Below, in pieces: positions 20,368 through 30,287 of a stretch of 64,000 bases of DNA. The DNA comes from Thecamonas trahens ATCC 50062. Its lineage: Eukaryota > Protista > Apusomonadida. The notes below the pieces were generated by a model. The model saw only the letters and a list, made by a program, of their open reading frames with translations. It did no database searches and had not been told where the DNA came from. The stretch spans positions 326,922-390,921 of the forward strand of contig NW_013657648.1 in the NCBI RefSeq assembly GCF_000142905.1, read 5' to 3'. The translations under genes were made by a program, and so were the position numbers. How positions within the stretch are numbered: position 1 is the first letter of the stretch; each line of letters starts with the position of its first letter.

Positions 20368-21580
20368 GCGAGAATCGTTGTCGCAGCGCTTGCCGAGGAC
20401 CTTGATGACGTCCTTGCGCGTCCAGCGGTCGAGAACCAGGCCAAGTTGGAGAAGGCCGAGGCCAAGCTGAAGGAAGCTAAGGACGAGCTGAAGGAAGCTA
20501 AGGACGAGCTGGAGAGGGCCTACAATGAGCTCGAGACCAAGCGAAAGCAGGCGGAGGTGGTGCAGGCCCAGTTGCGTGCGGCGCGTGCGTCGCTCGTCCT
20601 CGGGCCGGACGTTGCACCTCTCCCGCCTGCTGCGCCGTCGCTCGACTCGCTCGCCGTCGTCGCCGGGGCGTCGAAGGCAACTCGAGAGATCATGGACGAG
20701 CACTGCGTCTTCCACAACGACGATGTGGTGGCCAACGCAGGCAAGGACCCGTCGTTTTTCGACGCCGCGTGCGGGATGGGAACGCTCCGGCAGAGCGTGT
20801 GGGAACCCCGGCCGGTCGACGCCAACGCTGTTGAGGCGCTCAAAGTCGACCTGGCGCGGCTGGTGGCGAGGCCGTCGGGCGACTGGATCGGTGTCGTGGG
20901 CAGCGTGGCGTCGGCGTCCCGCAACGTACACCTGGAGGAGACGCACAACGCGGTCCTCTCGAGCCATCTCTGCCGCCGCGAGATGCTGCGTGAGGCGCAT
21001 GTCTCCGGCCTTTCTGAGGCGTTGGAGAACGCGGCTTGCGCTGTGCGGCGCGATGCGAGCAAGATTGAGGAGGCCAACGAGGATGGCAAGTCGCAGGTGC
21101 TGTTGCACTCGCGTGAGGACGCCTACCCTTTGGTACCGGTCACTACGCCGCAAAAGTGCGAGTACTTCTGCGGCGAGCGGCAACGAGAGTTCGCAGGCGG
21201 ACATTGAGGCACGGACATCTGTTGCGGCGCTCACCGCGACGTACTTTGCGGTCGAGGCGCAGTCACCGACGTTTTCGGGCAACCCCGTCGACTTTGCGGC
21301 GAGCCTCGTGTACCACGGCGTCCGGCTTCGGCTCGCGATGTTCGAGCCCGGTAACTCGGCCAAGGAGCACCAGGCCGCCGCGTACGCGCTCAACACCTTC
21401 CGTTCGCTCTACGGCCTGCCGCCGTTTGTCACGCTCCTCGCCCTCCACGGGCGGTTCATCTCGTCGCGCGACGAGTCGGTGCCGAAGAGGCTGTACCTCG
21501 TCGGCTACCGCCTTGACGCGAGGTCTGACAAGCTCCACGCGTACTCGCTTGGCTCGGTGGACGCAGCGATGCGGATACGA
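20368..21580 (+). pseudogene. 5'-truncated, frameshifted coiled-coil + restriction-endonuclease-like (CR-REase-like) gene fragment
   Basis: No upstream ATG (TAG TGA precedes the frame). Heptad repeat KLKEAKDELKEAKDELER from a 21-bp duplication. After a frame change near 21150 it reads NPVDFAASLVYHGVRLRLAMFEPGNSAKEHQAAAYALN (D...FE...QxxxY pattern), then loses coding character near 21580. Confidence 0.5.
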
Positions 21581-21698
21581 AAGCGGCGCTCCGAGGCTGG
21601 ACCGGGTCGACAGACCATTGTCACACACATACAAGCTACATGGTGGGTGCGGGAGGTTGATAGGAAGGACGTCGAGCGGGGGACGGGGTGGCCCGGGC

Positions 21699-21760
21699 GC
21701 GTGGAACGGGGCGGCGCGCGCGAGCTTGGCCCACGCCGCGACACGGTCGGCTTGAGCGCA
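21699..21760. repeat. 62-bp direct repeat, copy 2
   Basis: Identical to 19197..19258. Confidence 0.95.
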
Positions 21761-21969
21761 TACTGGTCGACATACACGCGCGCTCCGCTAGCGACGCGCC
21801 CGAGAGGTCGATTGCTCGAGGGTGTCTCCGAGTTCACGTCGGGTCTCCCGCCCGCATGGGTTGCCGCTGGGTTGCCGCTTGTTCCTTCTCCGCGCCGCGG
21901 GCCCGCGGACCAGCGCGCAACACCCCACCCAGCCCACCCCCCACGCTCACCCACCCCCCCCCCACGGCC

Positions 21970-23865
21970 ATGCTCCGGGCAGGAGCACACGTACTGGGTG
22001 CGTGCCTCCGCCTCTCCCCCGTGCTCCGCAGGCCGGCTCGTGCCCTGGCCACCCACCCCCCCACCCCCACCCCCGCCCCCCTCGTGAGCCCTGCGTTCTT
22101 CCCCGTCGGCCGCTCCAACTTTAAGCGCATCCGTGCGTCGGGCGCGTTCTACGTCGACCATACGCGGTTTCTCGAGGTGTGGGAGCGCGTCGGTGAGGAC
22201 GGGTACACGACGCTGCTCCGGCCGCCGCGGTTCGGGAAGACTCTGATGCTGGACATGATGGCTGCGTACTACGACGCGGGAGTCGGGGCGGACGAGCACG
22301 ACCGGCTCTTCCACGGGCTCTACATCGGCGAGAACCCCACGTCCGGCGCCCGGGCGCATCACGTGCTGCGGCTCAACCTTGCGCCAAGCGCGAGCGTGGG
22401 CGCGTCGTTCGACATGCAGGCATTTCTGGATGATGCGGTAGATGACGCCCTGGTGGACTTTGTGGAACGGTACAATCTCGCAGTGCAGAGGGAGCGGCCA
22501 TTTGAGATGCGGGACATCAAGCGTGTCGTCGGCGCTGTGGGCCGGGCGGGCGGGCGGGTAATGGTGCTCATCGACGAGTACGACCGGGTGGCGAACGAAC
22601 TGATGGTGAAGGATAAGGACGCTTACGCGCGGAGCGTGATGGGCGTGTCGGGCGAGGAGGCGTCGTCGCCGCTGCGGTCGCTCCTGACAACGTTCAAGAT
22701 GGCCCAGGACCGGGCGCCAGTTACGCTCCTCATGACGGGGCTCACACCCATTGTCCTGGCCGACGTGTCGGCGTACAATGTGGCGCGCAACCTGACGCTC
22801 CGCGAGGAGTTTGGGGACTTTTTCGGGTTCACGTCCGGGGACATCGAGCGCGGGCTCACAACGGCTGGGCACGGGTCGGGTGATATTGCTGCGGCGCTGG
22901 CGGTGATGCGCAAGTGGTACAACGGGTACCTGTTCCCTGGCGCGTCGCAGCGGGTGTTCAACCCGCAGATCTCGCTCCACTTTATGGACTTGTTCACGTC
23001 GAGTGCCAGGGTCAAGGAAGCGACGCTGCGAGGCGTCATTGCACCGGACGACTTGGTGTCGCGAAACCTGCGCGTCACAGAGTCCATGCTGAGCGTGCTG
23101 GCGACGAGCCGTGCTGGTGCCGGACCGCTCGCCAAGCTCCTGGGCGGGGACGCGACGTACACGCTTGAGGGGCGCGTAGTGGACGAGTTCCGCTTCTCGG
23201 ACCTCATGCGGTGGAACCTGGAGGGTGTAGAGTCCGAGTCGGAGGACAAGTTCTGCTCGTACCTCTACTACCATGGCGCGCTGACGTTCGCCGAGAAGCC
23301 AGGGATGCTGCCGCCGGACAAGCTGAGCATCCCGAACGAGCTCGTGCGGCGCGAGTTCTGGGATGCGCTTCCGAAGCGGCTTCGCGACGCGGTGCTCAAG
23401 ACGCTCGACGCGGCGTTTGCGGCCGGGCCGCAGGCTTCGGCCGAGCTGTGGGAGGACATCTTCTCGGCGCTGAACGAGCGTAGCGCGGCGGGCATTGCGG
23501 ACACGTCGAGGGTCGACGAGCATGCGTTCCGCGGGATGCTGTTGTGGATGACGGGCAACGAGGCAGTGAGTGTGCAGACCGAGGTCGCGGCGCCCCGGCA
23601 GAGCTCGGAAGGTGCGGGCACGGGCCGGGTCGACCTGGTGGTGGAGCATGTCAAGTCGCCGACGCGGTTCGTGATCGAGCTTAAGCGCGTGAAGGGGAGC
23701 GGGCCCAAGGCGCTCGCGGGGGCCGTCGAGCGTGCTGCCGAACAGGTGGCCGACTACGACTTGTCGGCGGTTCCAAAGGCCGCGCACGTGACGCACGACG
23801 TGCGGCTCGCGGTGGTGCTCGCCGACGACGATGTGGTCGTGCGCGTGGTGGGCGATGAGGAGTAG
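21970..23865 (+). CDS. AAA-ATPase-like (PF09820-type) + C-terminal PD-(D/E)XK nuclease (PDDEXK_9-type) protein with mitochondrial-presequence-like N-terminus
   Basis: FPVGRSNFKRIR...FYVDHT, Walker A LRPPRFGKTL, Walker B VMVLIDEYD, WYNGYLF, VFNPQ, YLYYHGALT, LSIPNELVR, then TEV...GRVDLVV...FVIELKR...AAEQVADY. Intronless; ATG at 21970 follows a C-rich leader. Confidence 0.9.
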   Translation: MLRAGAHVLGACLRLSPVLRRPARALATHPPTPTPAPLVSPAFFPVGRSNFKRIRASGAFYVDHTRFLEVWERVGEDGYTTLLRPPRFGKTLMLDMMAAYYDAGVGADEHDRLFHGLYIGENPTSGARAHHVLRLNLAPSASVGASFDMQAFLDDAVDDALVDFVERYNLAVQRERPFEMRDIKRVVGAVGRAGGRVMVLIDEYDRVANELMVKDKDAYARSVMGVSGEEASSPLRSLLTTFKMAQDRAPVTLLMTGLTPIVLADVSAYNVARNLTLREEFGDFFGFTSGDIERGLTTAGHGSGDIAAALAVMRKWYNGYLFPGASQRVFNPQISLHFMDLFTSSARVKEATLRGVIAPDDLVSRNLRVTESMLSVLATSRAGAGPLAKLLGGDATYTLEGRVVDEFRFSDLMRWNLEGVESESEDKFCSYLYYHGALTFAEKPGMLPPDKLSIPNELVRREFWDALPKRLRDAVLKTLDAAFAAGPQASAELWEDIFSALNERSAAGIADTSRVDEHAFRGMLLWMTGNEAVSVQTEVAAPRQSSEGAGTGRVDLVVEHVKSPTRFVIELKRVKGSGPKALAGAVERAAEQVADYDLSAVPKAAHVTHDVRLAVVLADDDVVVRVVGDEE

Positions 23866-23899
23866 AGGATTGAGTGCTGACGCGGAGGCATGGGCGTAA

Positions 23900-24960
23900 T
23901 TGATCACGGATAGTGAGTGTGAGCAGCCAACAACTCGTCCCGCGTGGATACCACATCTGTAACCGAGGGCAACGGCTGCCACATCCGACCGACGCGCACC
24001 TGAACTCGAGGCGTCCCTCACCGACATCGTTGAGGGGCACCTCGGCGCACTCGCAGCTCGCCCTCGAGAGACCGCGCTTGGCGGCGTCGGCGGGAGCCAC
24101 TCGTCAGCGGACCAGACGCTGCTCGTGCTCCTTTCGGGCGTCGTGAGCTCAAGCATACCGTTCACCGCGGCCGCATCATGCCACAGCCTCGACATCGTGC
24201 AAAAAGTCGACGCCGGCCGCCAGCTGCGAGCACATCGACGCCTGCGGCGTCATCAGCGACTGTAGGATGTGCACTAGCGTGTTGATGCCATTCCACGTCG
24301 CCCTCGCCGTCGCCTCTAGGTTGGCCTGGAACTGTGCCATCGCTCTCGATGATGCCAGGTTGTCCGAGTCGGAGACGCTGAGCTCGATGGTGAGCTGCGG
24401 CAGGCCTGGGACGGGCGCGTGGAACGCGTCGGGATGGATGGCGGGCAGCGATGCGCTGAGCACCAGCGACGTGTCAGCGCGCGCGCTCAGCAAGTCGGCG
24501 ATCATCGCCAGCGGACGGAGCTTGCCGACCGTCGTCCTCGCGCTCAGCGACGAGGTGCAGCGGAGGCCCAGCGCGAGGTGCGAGACCATGGCGCACGACT
24601 GCGGCATCATTGGCGCCGCGTACTGGAGGCCCGAGAGCGTCACGTTCGAGACCGGGAGCCGTAGGGAGGATGAGGTGCTGCGTCGTCGGGTTGATGGCCA
24701 CGTTGAGCGCAAACTCCACCTGCGGCGCGTGGGGCTCGACCACGCGCACAGCGTGAGCACGCAGGCAAGGTCGGGCTCGGCCATCTGCGGAACGAGGTCG
24801 TGAAGCAGGGCGTGAGCCACCAGTGAGCCCGGCGTAAGCATCACGTACTGCGACGCTCAGCACCGCCGGTCCGCTCCCGTAGCGCAGGCTCGTGACGAGC
24901 GCGAGCGGGACGTCGACGCGAGCGAGGTCGAAGATGCCGCCGCATTGCCGCGTCACGGCG
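23900..24960 (-). pseudogene. Frameshifted/stop-interrupted remnant of an unknown gene
   Basis: Protein-like text switches between frames (GGIFDLARVDVPLALVTSLRY / LVAHALLHDLVPQMAEP / VEFALNVAINPTTQHLILP / LTIELSVSDSDNL...), with stops downstream of 24176. Confidence 0.45.
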
Positions 24961-25021
24961 CCACTTCCGACCCGCGGCGGTTGGACGGGCGTGTGGGGAC
25001 GGGCGCGGGGACAGGGACGGG

Positions 25022-26063
25022 CGCGGGCACGGAGATCGATGCGGTGATCATTGGTGACGAAAGCCTGGGCGTGTTGTATGGGGTGGTACAGAGCTTGTCT
25101 GGAGCGACTGCTGCGTCGTCCACGACGACGAGTGCATCGAGCGCATCGACAGCGGCGCCAGTCCGGGCGAGGCGGCGGACCAGGACGAGTACGGTGGCGC
25201 AGCGGGCCAAGAAGCCAGTTGCTGACTCGGCCGAGGTCGAGGAGCGCGCGGTGCGTTGGCGAGCGCGGGCTCCTGCTGGAATGAAGCGGCGGAAGGAGCG
25301 GGCGATGTCCCAGCCGCTGTTTCTCCTCTCGGCGTCGATCGATCGCGACGTGCCGCGCGGGGAGTTTGCAGTCACCGGCTCGACTGGCAACGTCTACAAC
25401 GTGGTCTTTGCCGAGAGGACGACGTGTTCGTGCCCCGACGCGGGGAAGGGCAATGTGTGCAAGCACGCCCTCTTTGTCGGCATCAAGGTGCTTAAGATCC
25501 CATCGCGCTCGCCACTGCTGTTCAACGCCCTGCTTCCGTCCGAGCTCAAGGTGGTCTTTGCCAACCTTGCCATTGCGCGGCACGTCATGGCGTCATCGTA
25601 GGCGCAGCAGGCGTACGTGACAGCCGTGCTGGGCGAGGGCGATGCTGACGGCGACGGCAATACAAGCGGGGCGCCTGGCGTGACCCGCAAGCCTGTCGAC
25701 GGCGAGTGTCCAGTTTGCTTTGACGATCTGGACTCGGATCCGGTGGTGTGGTGCCGGGGCCAGTGCGGACAGAACCTACACAAGCGCTGCTTCGAGCAGT
25801 GGTCGGCGCACGGCGGCAAGGTGTGCGTTCTCTGCCGCGCGCCATGGCTCGAGACCTCGCTGTCCAACGTCGAGGGCTACATCAACTTGGCCCCGTTTGA
25901 ACGACGCGCCCTCACTGCACGGCTCGACCGGTACCGATCGCCCTACCAGTCCCGGTACTCGCGGAGGCGGTACAACTACGACCATGATTGGAACGAATCG
26001 GCCAGCAATAGCACAGGCAGCAGTGAAGACTGGTAGCACTGACCCCCCACCTGTACATGTCGA
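25022..26063 (+). pseudogene. SWIM-RING duplicate, copy B, with premature stop
   Basis: Near-identical to 19259..20309. CAG>TAG at 25599-25601 lies between the SWIM and RING domains. The Ser-Ala tract is 9 bp shorter and the stop differs (GAC TGG TAG vs AAC TGA). Confidence 0.9.
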
Positions 26064-26533
26064 TGCTGATTCTCATTTACTCGCCGACCTCGCCCCCGCC
26101 ATGGGTCCCACCACGCCCGCAGGACTCGCGCTGGCTCAGCTACGCCATCGTTTCGTAGTCGAGCGAGGTCGATGACACTGTTGCACTTTTTGTAACGCCG
26201 AATGTTATTATTCACCAGAACCCGCAGAGCCCCCCATAACCCATGTAGCCTCGTCAGTCCCACTCAGCCTCACTAGACCAGTATACTCCCCACCCCACAC
26301 TGTCCCAACTCTACACAAACACCTCAGGCGGCCTTGCACCTCCCCAGCTTCCCGCTTCCGGCCGGTTCGCAGCTCCTCCCCACTTTGTTCTGCGGTTTCT
26401 GTGCTATTTTAAGAAAGCGCCGAACAAAACCATTGCAATTCTGTGGCTACAAAAGTCGAGCGAAAATGTCACACTTTCGAGGAGAGAGCTTTTTCTCATC
26501 CCACCAGCCACAAATAGCCCAAAGCGCTCAATC

Positions 26534-27622
26534 ATGGCCACCAACCCCGCCAAGTTCAACATCAATGCCACCTGCGATACAATTGACTCTGCCCGCCACA
26601 TTGCAAAGTGTGTTTACCCGTTTACAGACAAAGAGAACCGCGCTGTGGCTCGCAACAACATGACGGAGGCCTTTGCTCGGCACTCGGACGCAGATGGCCT
26701 CATCAGCCTCGTCGGCATTTCGAAGGCGATGAAGGATACCATCTACGTCAACGGCGGCGCGTGTGAGCACGGTGCTCTGGTCTCAGGCATTCTTGCCGAG
26801 AGCTTTGACCTCGCTGTCGCCGCTGCCTGCTTCCACGCCGTCTTTGCCGTGCGTTTCCGGAACAACTCGAAGGGCGTACGCATTGCCGACGGCCGGGTCA
26901 ATCGCCAGCGCCGCGAGGAGTGCGAGCGCTTTGATGCATCGGGCTTGGTCAAGGCTCATACTTTTATCTCCTTGTACATCGAGCGCATCTACTCGTCTGC
27001 CTCCCGCCGCGTCTACTCCCACACCGATCGCTCGCCCGCGGGCAAGCTCGAGTTTGAGCTGACCGACTTTTGCTCGCCGGCGGAGATGATCAATGCCGTT
27101 ACCTTGCTTCGTGCTCCCTTCGCCGACGTCTTTGTTGACGCCGACGTGGTCGTTCTTAGTGAGACCTTCTTCGGCAACGACTCCTACGACGACGGCGAGA
27201 CCGATGTTGACCAGGTTGTCGCCATGGACGAGGTCAAGATCTTCGAAAAGTCCATGGACGACAAGAGCAGCGAGTTGAAGTTTGATCCCTCCTTTGCCGG
27301 CTACCTTGTCTTATCCGACGACGACGACGAGGATATTGTTGCCAAAGACAAGGCCCCAATGGATGAAGTCAAGATGTGCGTGGCTGACAACAGCAGCAAA
27401 CTGGAGCTCGATGCCACCTTTGTCGACTGGTTTGCCCATTGTGAGAACGACCGCATCTTTGACGTTGCCGACCTGGACGACCCCCTCGCCCTGCCGATGC
27501 CCGATTTCGTCCGCCCTATTTACTATGATCCGACCGACCCGTTCGGCATTGGCTTTGTTCCCACACCAATCCTGGCGTACGAACTCGCAGACGACAACAG
27601 CATTGACCATCTTCTTGCGTAA
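26534..27622 (+). CDS. Hypothetical protein (362 aa) with acidic, internally duplicated C-terminal half
   Basis: ATG ORF with host-like codon usage; no recognised domain. Confidence 0.75.
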   Translation: MATNPAKFNINATCDTIDSARHIAKCVYPFTDKENRAVARNNMTEAFARHSDADGLISLVGISKAMKDTIYVNGGACEHGALVSGILAESFDLAVAAACFHAVFAVRFRNNSKGVRIADGRVNRQRREECERFDASGLVKAHTFISLYIERIYSSASRRVYSHTDRSPAGKLEFELTDFCSPAEMINAVTLLRAPFADVFVDADVVVLSETFFGNDSYDDGETDVDQVVAMDEVKIFEKSMDDKSSELKFDPSFAGYLVLSDDDDEDIVAKDKAPMDEVKMCVADNSSKLELDATFVDWFAHCENDRIFDVADLDDPLALPMPDFVRPIYYDPTDPFGIGFVPTPILAYELADDNSIDHLLA

Positions 27623-27867
27623 CGCCACCGTAAATCGCCATCACGCCGCCATTCGTCCAACAACCCCCATCGGCCACCCTTTATCAGTCATCCCCCATCG
27701 CTAGGCCTCATCGGGCACAAGCTGTCCCCGCACGATGCATTGCAAGCACACTCCAGATAGAAACGCCCGATGCCAACGGTGTCCGGGCATTCGTGTGATC
27801 CAGCACCTGCCGTCGAGGGCGTATGCCATCGGCACAAGAAACAAAGAGCGCGTCGCCGCCGAGAGCG

Positions 27868-28296
27868 CCAACCGGCAGCCGATGAACAGCGAGCGGGAGA
27901 GCGGCCAGCAACCGGCAGCCGACGAGCAGCGAGCGGGAGAGCGGCCAGCAACCGGCAGCCGACGAACAGCGAGCGGGAGAGCGGCCAGCAACCGGCAGCC
28001 GATGAACAGCGAGCGGGAGAGCGGCCAGCAACCGGCAGCCGACGAACAGCGAGCGGGAGAGCGGCCAGCAACCGGCAGCCGACGAGCAGCGAGCGGGAGA
28101 GCGGCCAGCAACCGGCAGCCGACGAACAGCGAGCGGGAGAGCGGCCAGCAACCGGCAGCCGATGAACAGCGAGCGGGAGAGCGGCCAGCAACCGGCAGCC
28201 GACGAACAGCGAGCGGGAGAGCGGCCAGCAACCGGCAGCCGATGAACAGCGAGCGGGAGAGCGGCCAGCAACCGGCAGCCGACGAGCAGCGAGCGG
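27868..28296. repeat. 40-bp minisatellite, >10 near-perfect units, running into an assembly gap
   Basis: Unit accggcagccgaYgaRcagcgagcgggagagcggccagca. Confidence 0.97.
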
Positions 28297-28538
28297 NNNN
28301 NNNNNNNNNNNNNNNNNNNNNNNNNNNNNNNNNNNNNNNNNNNNNNNNNNNNNNNNNNNNNNNNNNNNNNNNNNNNNNNNNNNNNNNNNNNNNNNNNNNN
28401 NNNNNNNNNNNNNNNNNNNNNNNNNNNNNNNNNNNNNNNNNNNNNNNNNNNNNNNNNNNNNNNNNNNNNNNNNNNNNNNNNNNNNNNNNNNNNNNNNNNN
28501 NNNNNNNNNNNNNNNNNNNNNNNNNNNNNNNNNNNNNN
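28297..28538. other. Assembly gap (others at 30473..30572, 45117..45359, 53446..53751)
   Basis: Runs of N, each flanked by minisatellite or G/C-homopolymer-rich sequence. Confidence 1.
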
Positions 28539-28737
28539 TCCCCCCTTCCCCACCTTCTGTTTATCATGATCTCTGCTGATAGCTCTTGTGCTCTCTCTCT
28601 CTCACACTGCCTCCCTCCCTCCATATGCCAACCCCCCCCCCCCCCCTCCCGTGCTCACACACACCGTATATGATCTATATCGGTGTATGTGTGTGGGTCT
28701 TTGACGCTGCTGATTACCTCCATTCTCTCTCATACAG

Positions 28738-29214
28738 GGCTTTGTGTACATGTGTGTCGCCGATCATGACACAAGGCGCCGCGTGGCCATCGGGTACTTG
28801 GCTGACCTGGAGGCTCGGTTCAAGGCTGACATTTCGCAAGGCGAGCGCGCATCGGCCGGTGCCATTCCGCAGTTTGCGCGGACTATGGCGTCGCGCATGG
28901 ACTTTTTCAACAACGATCCCTCGGCTGACAAGCTCTCGCACATCCAGGCCGAGCTCGAGGGCGTGCGCGAGAACATGCTCGAGAACATCGACAAGATCCT
29001 TGCTCGCGGCGAGAAGATCGAGTTGCTCGTCGCCCAGACCGAGGAGCTCAACCAGCAGGCAGCCACCTTCAAGTCCAAGTCGACCAAGCTCAAGCGCCAG
29101 ATGTGGTGGCAGGACAAGAAGATGTCTGTCATTCTCTGCTTTGTCTTCCTTGCAATCATCGCCGTCATCGTCACTGTCATCTGCGCCGCCACCGGATGCG
29201 GCTCCAAGAAGTAG
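28738..29214 (+). CDS. VAMP7: VAMP7-like longin R-SNARE, 3' exon (5' part probably in the gap 28297..28538)
   Basis: Acceptor ctgat...catacag| then GFVYMCVAD...RRVAIGYLADL (end of longin domain), SNARE motif MLENIDKILARGEKIELLVAQTEEL, KRQMWW, C-terminal TM. Confidence 0.9.
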   Translation, partial: GFVYMCVADHDTRRRVAIGYLADLEARFKADISQGERASAGAIPQFARTMASRMDFFNNDPSADKLSHIQAELEGVRENMLENIDKILARGEKIELLVAQTEELNQQAATFKSKSTKLKRQMWWQDKKMSVILCFVFLAIIAVIVTVICAATGCGSKK

Positions 29215-29262
29215 CCACCTCCTCGACAAACCAGCAAACCTTCCGCGACACATCGTTTACTC

Positions 29263-30069
29263 TCACGAGACATGTGTCCGCGGCGCCGAGATCACGATCT
29301 CAATGTGCCCAACCTCCAGCAGCGGCAGCGCGTATGACGCAACGGTACAGGCAACAGTGGCAGCCTCAATGATCGCGTACGCCAGCTGGTGGATGCCAAA
29401 GATGTCGAACCAGACGATGCGCTCATGGAAGAGGTACAGCAAGACCGAGAGTCCGCAGGCGAGGCCGAGATTGAGCGCCGAGTACCACGGATACGACGAC
29501 GACGGCGGAGCCCAGATGTAAAAGTACGCCGTAGATACAAAGTTCTGCCCGAAGGCTGCAGCAAAGTACGCCACCGATGCTGCCACATGCCAATCCTCCC
29601 ACTCGCCCATGGGCACGACAGCGAGGATGGCGAGGAAGAGGACTGCGAGAGAGGTCAAGATCAAGTTGATGCCAGCGACCACCCGCTGTGCCGCACTCGC
29701 ATCGGGCAACGACCATCTTGCCACTGTGGCCACAATGGTCAAAGCCACAACAAGAACAAAGGTACCAGTGTTTGCCAGAGCAAAGGTAAACGAGGCAGGA
29801 GCTGAAGCTGCTGCATCTGACAGCAGAGGAAATCGGACCGAGCAGGAATACGAAGTGCGACAAGCAATGACGACCGGAGCCACCAATCCCATCATTGCCC
29901 AAACAAACGATACAGCCACAATCGTTATCAGTCGCACACTACCCATGCGACCGCCAGCCTTCCGTCCTGTACCCATACCACCACCTCCACCACCTCCACC
30001 TCCTCCACCTCCTCGGCGACCTCCTCCGCCTGCACTCACTCCTGCTCCTGTCCGGCTCCTTCGTTGCAT
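29263..30069 (-). CDS. Frag1/DRAM/Sfk1 (TMEM150-like) family membrane protein
   Basis: About six TM helices with FPLLSD, WHVAASVAYF and AIIEAA motifs typical of the family. Confidence 0.7.
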   Translation of the reverse strand: MQRRSRTGAGVSAGGGGRRGGGGGGGGGGGGMGTGRKAGGRMGSVRLITIVAVSFVWAMMGLVAPVVIACRTSYSCSVRFPLLSDAAASAPASFTFALANTGTFVLVVALTIVATVARWSLPDASAAQRVVAGINLILTSLAVLFLAILAVVPMGEWEDWHVAASVAYFAAAFGQNFVSTAYFYIWAPPSSSYPWYSALNLGLACGLSVLLYLFHERIVWFDIFGIHQLAYAIIEAATVACTVASYALPLLEVGHIEIVISAPRTHVS

Positions 30070-30287
30070 CTCCCCGCCCACTCCAGCCTCGCTGTCTCGC
30101 CCTCGCAGGATGGTTACCGCCACGTCGAGTGTTTCTCAACTCAAACTTGAGCTCTTGTCCGTCTCCTTGCCCGAGCCCAAGCCCGAGCCCCGAGTCAGAA
30201 GCCCAAGCCCGAGCTCAAGTCTCGCGCCTCGCCCCACCAGCCACCTCGCCGTCAAACTGTCATTGATTCGTTGGTGCTCCAACTCGC

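Noticed and set aside
21505-24195. 896-aa minus-strand ORF and other long antisense ORFs (e.g. 56923..58728, 38986..40251, the extension of 4376..7114)
   Set aside because: Shadow ORFs of GC-rich coding sequence; no motifs.
19259-26063. 1-kb direct repeats as LTRs of a retroelement
   Set aside because: The repeats are a protein-coding gene, lack TG...CA ends and a target-site duplication, and the interior has no gag/pol.
27868-28296. 40-bp array (and the 47-, 39- and 27-bp arrays) as a CRISPR-like repeat-spacer array
   Set aside because: Units are head-to-tail with no unique spacers, and there are no cas genes; these are minisatellites.
27688-28673. Repeat-derived ORFs over minisatellites (also 30136..31133, 38385..38803, 12861..13412)
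   Set aside because: Translations of tandem repeats or Ns, without coding evidence.
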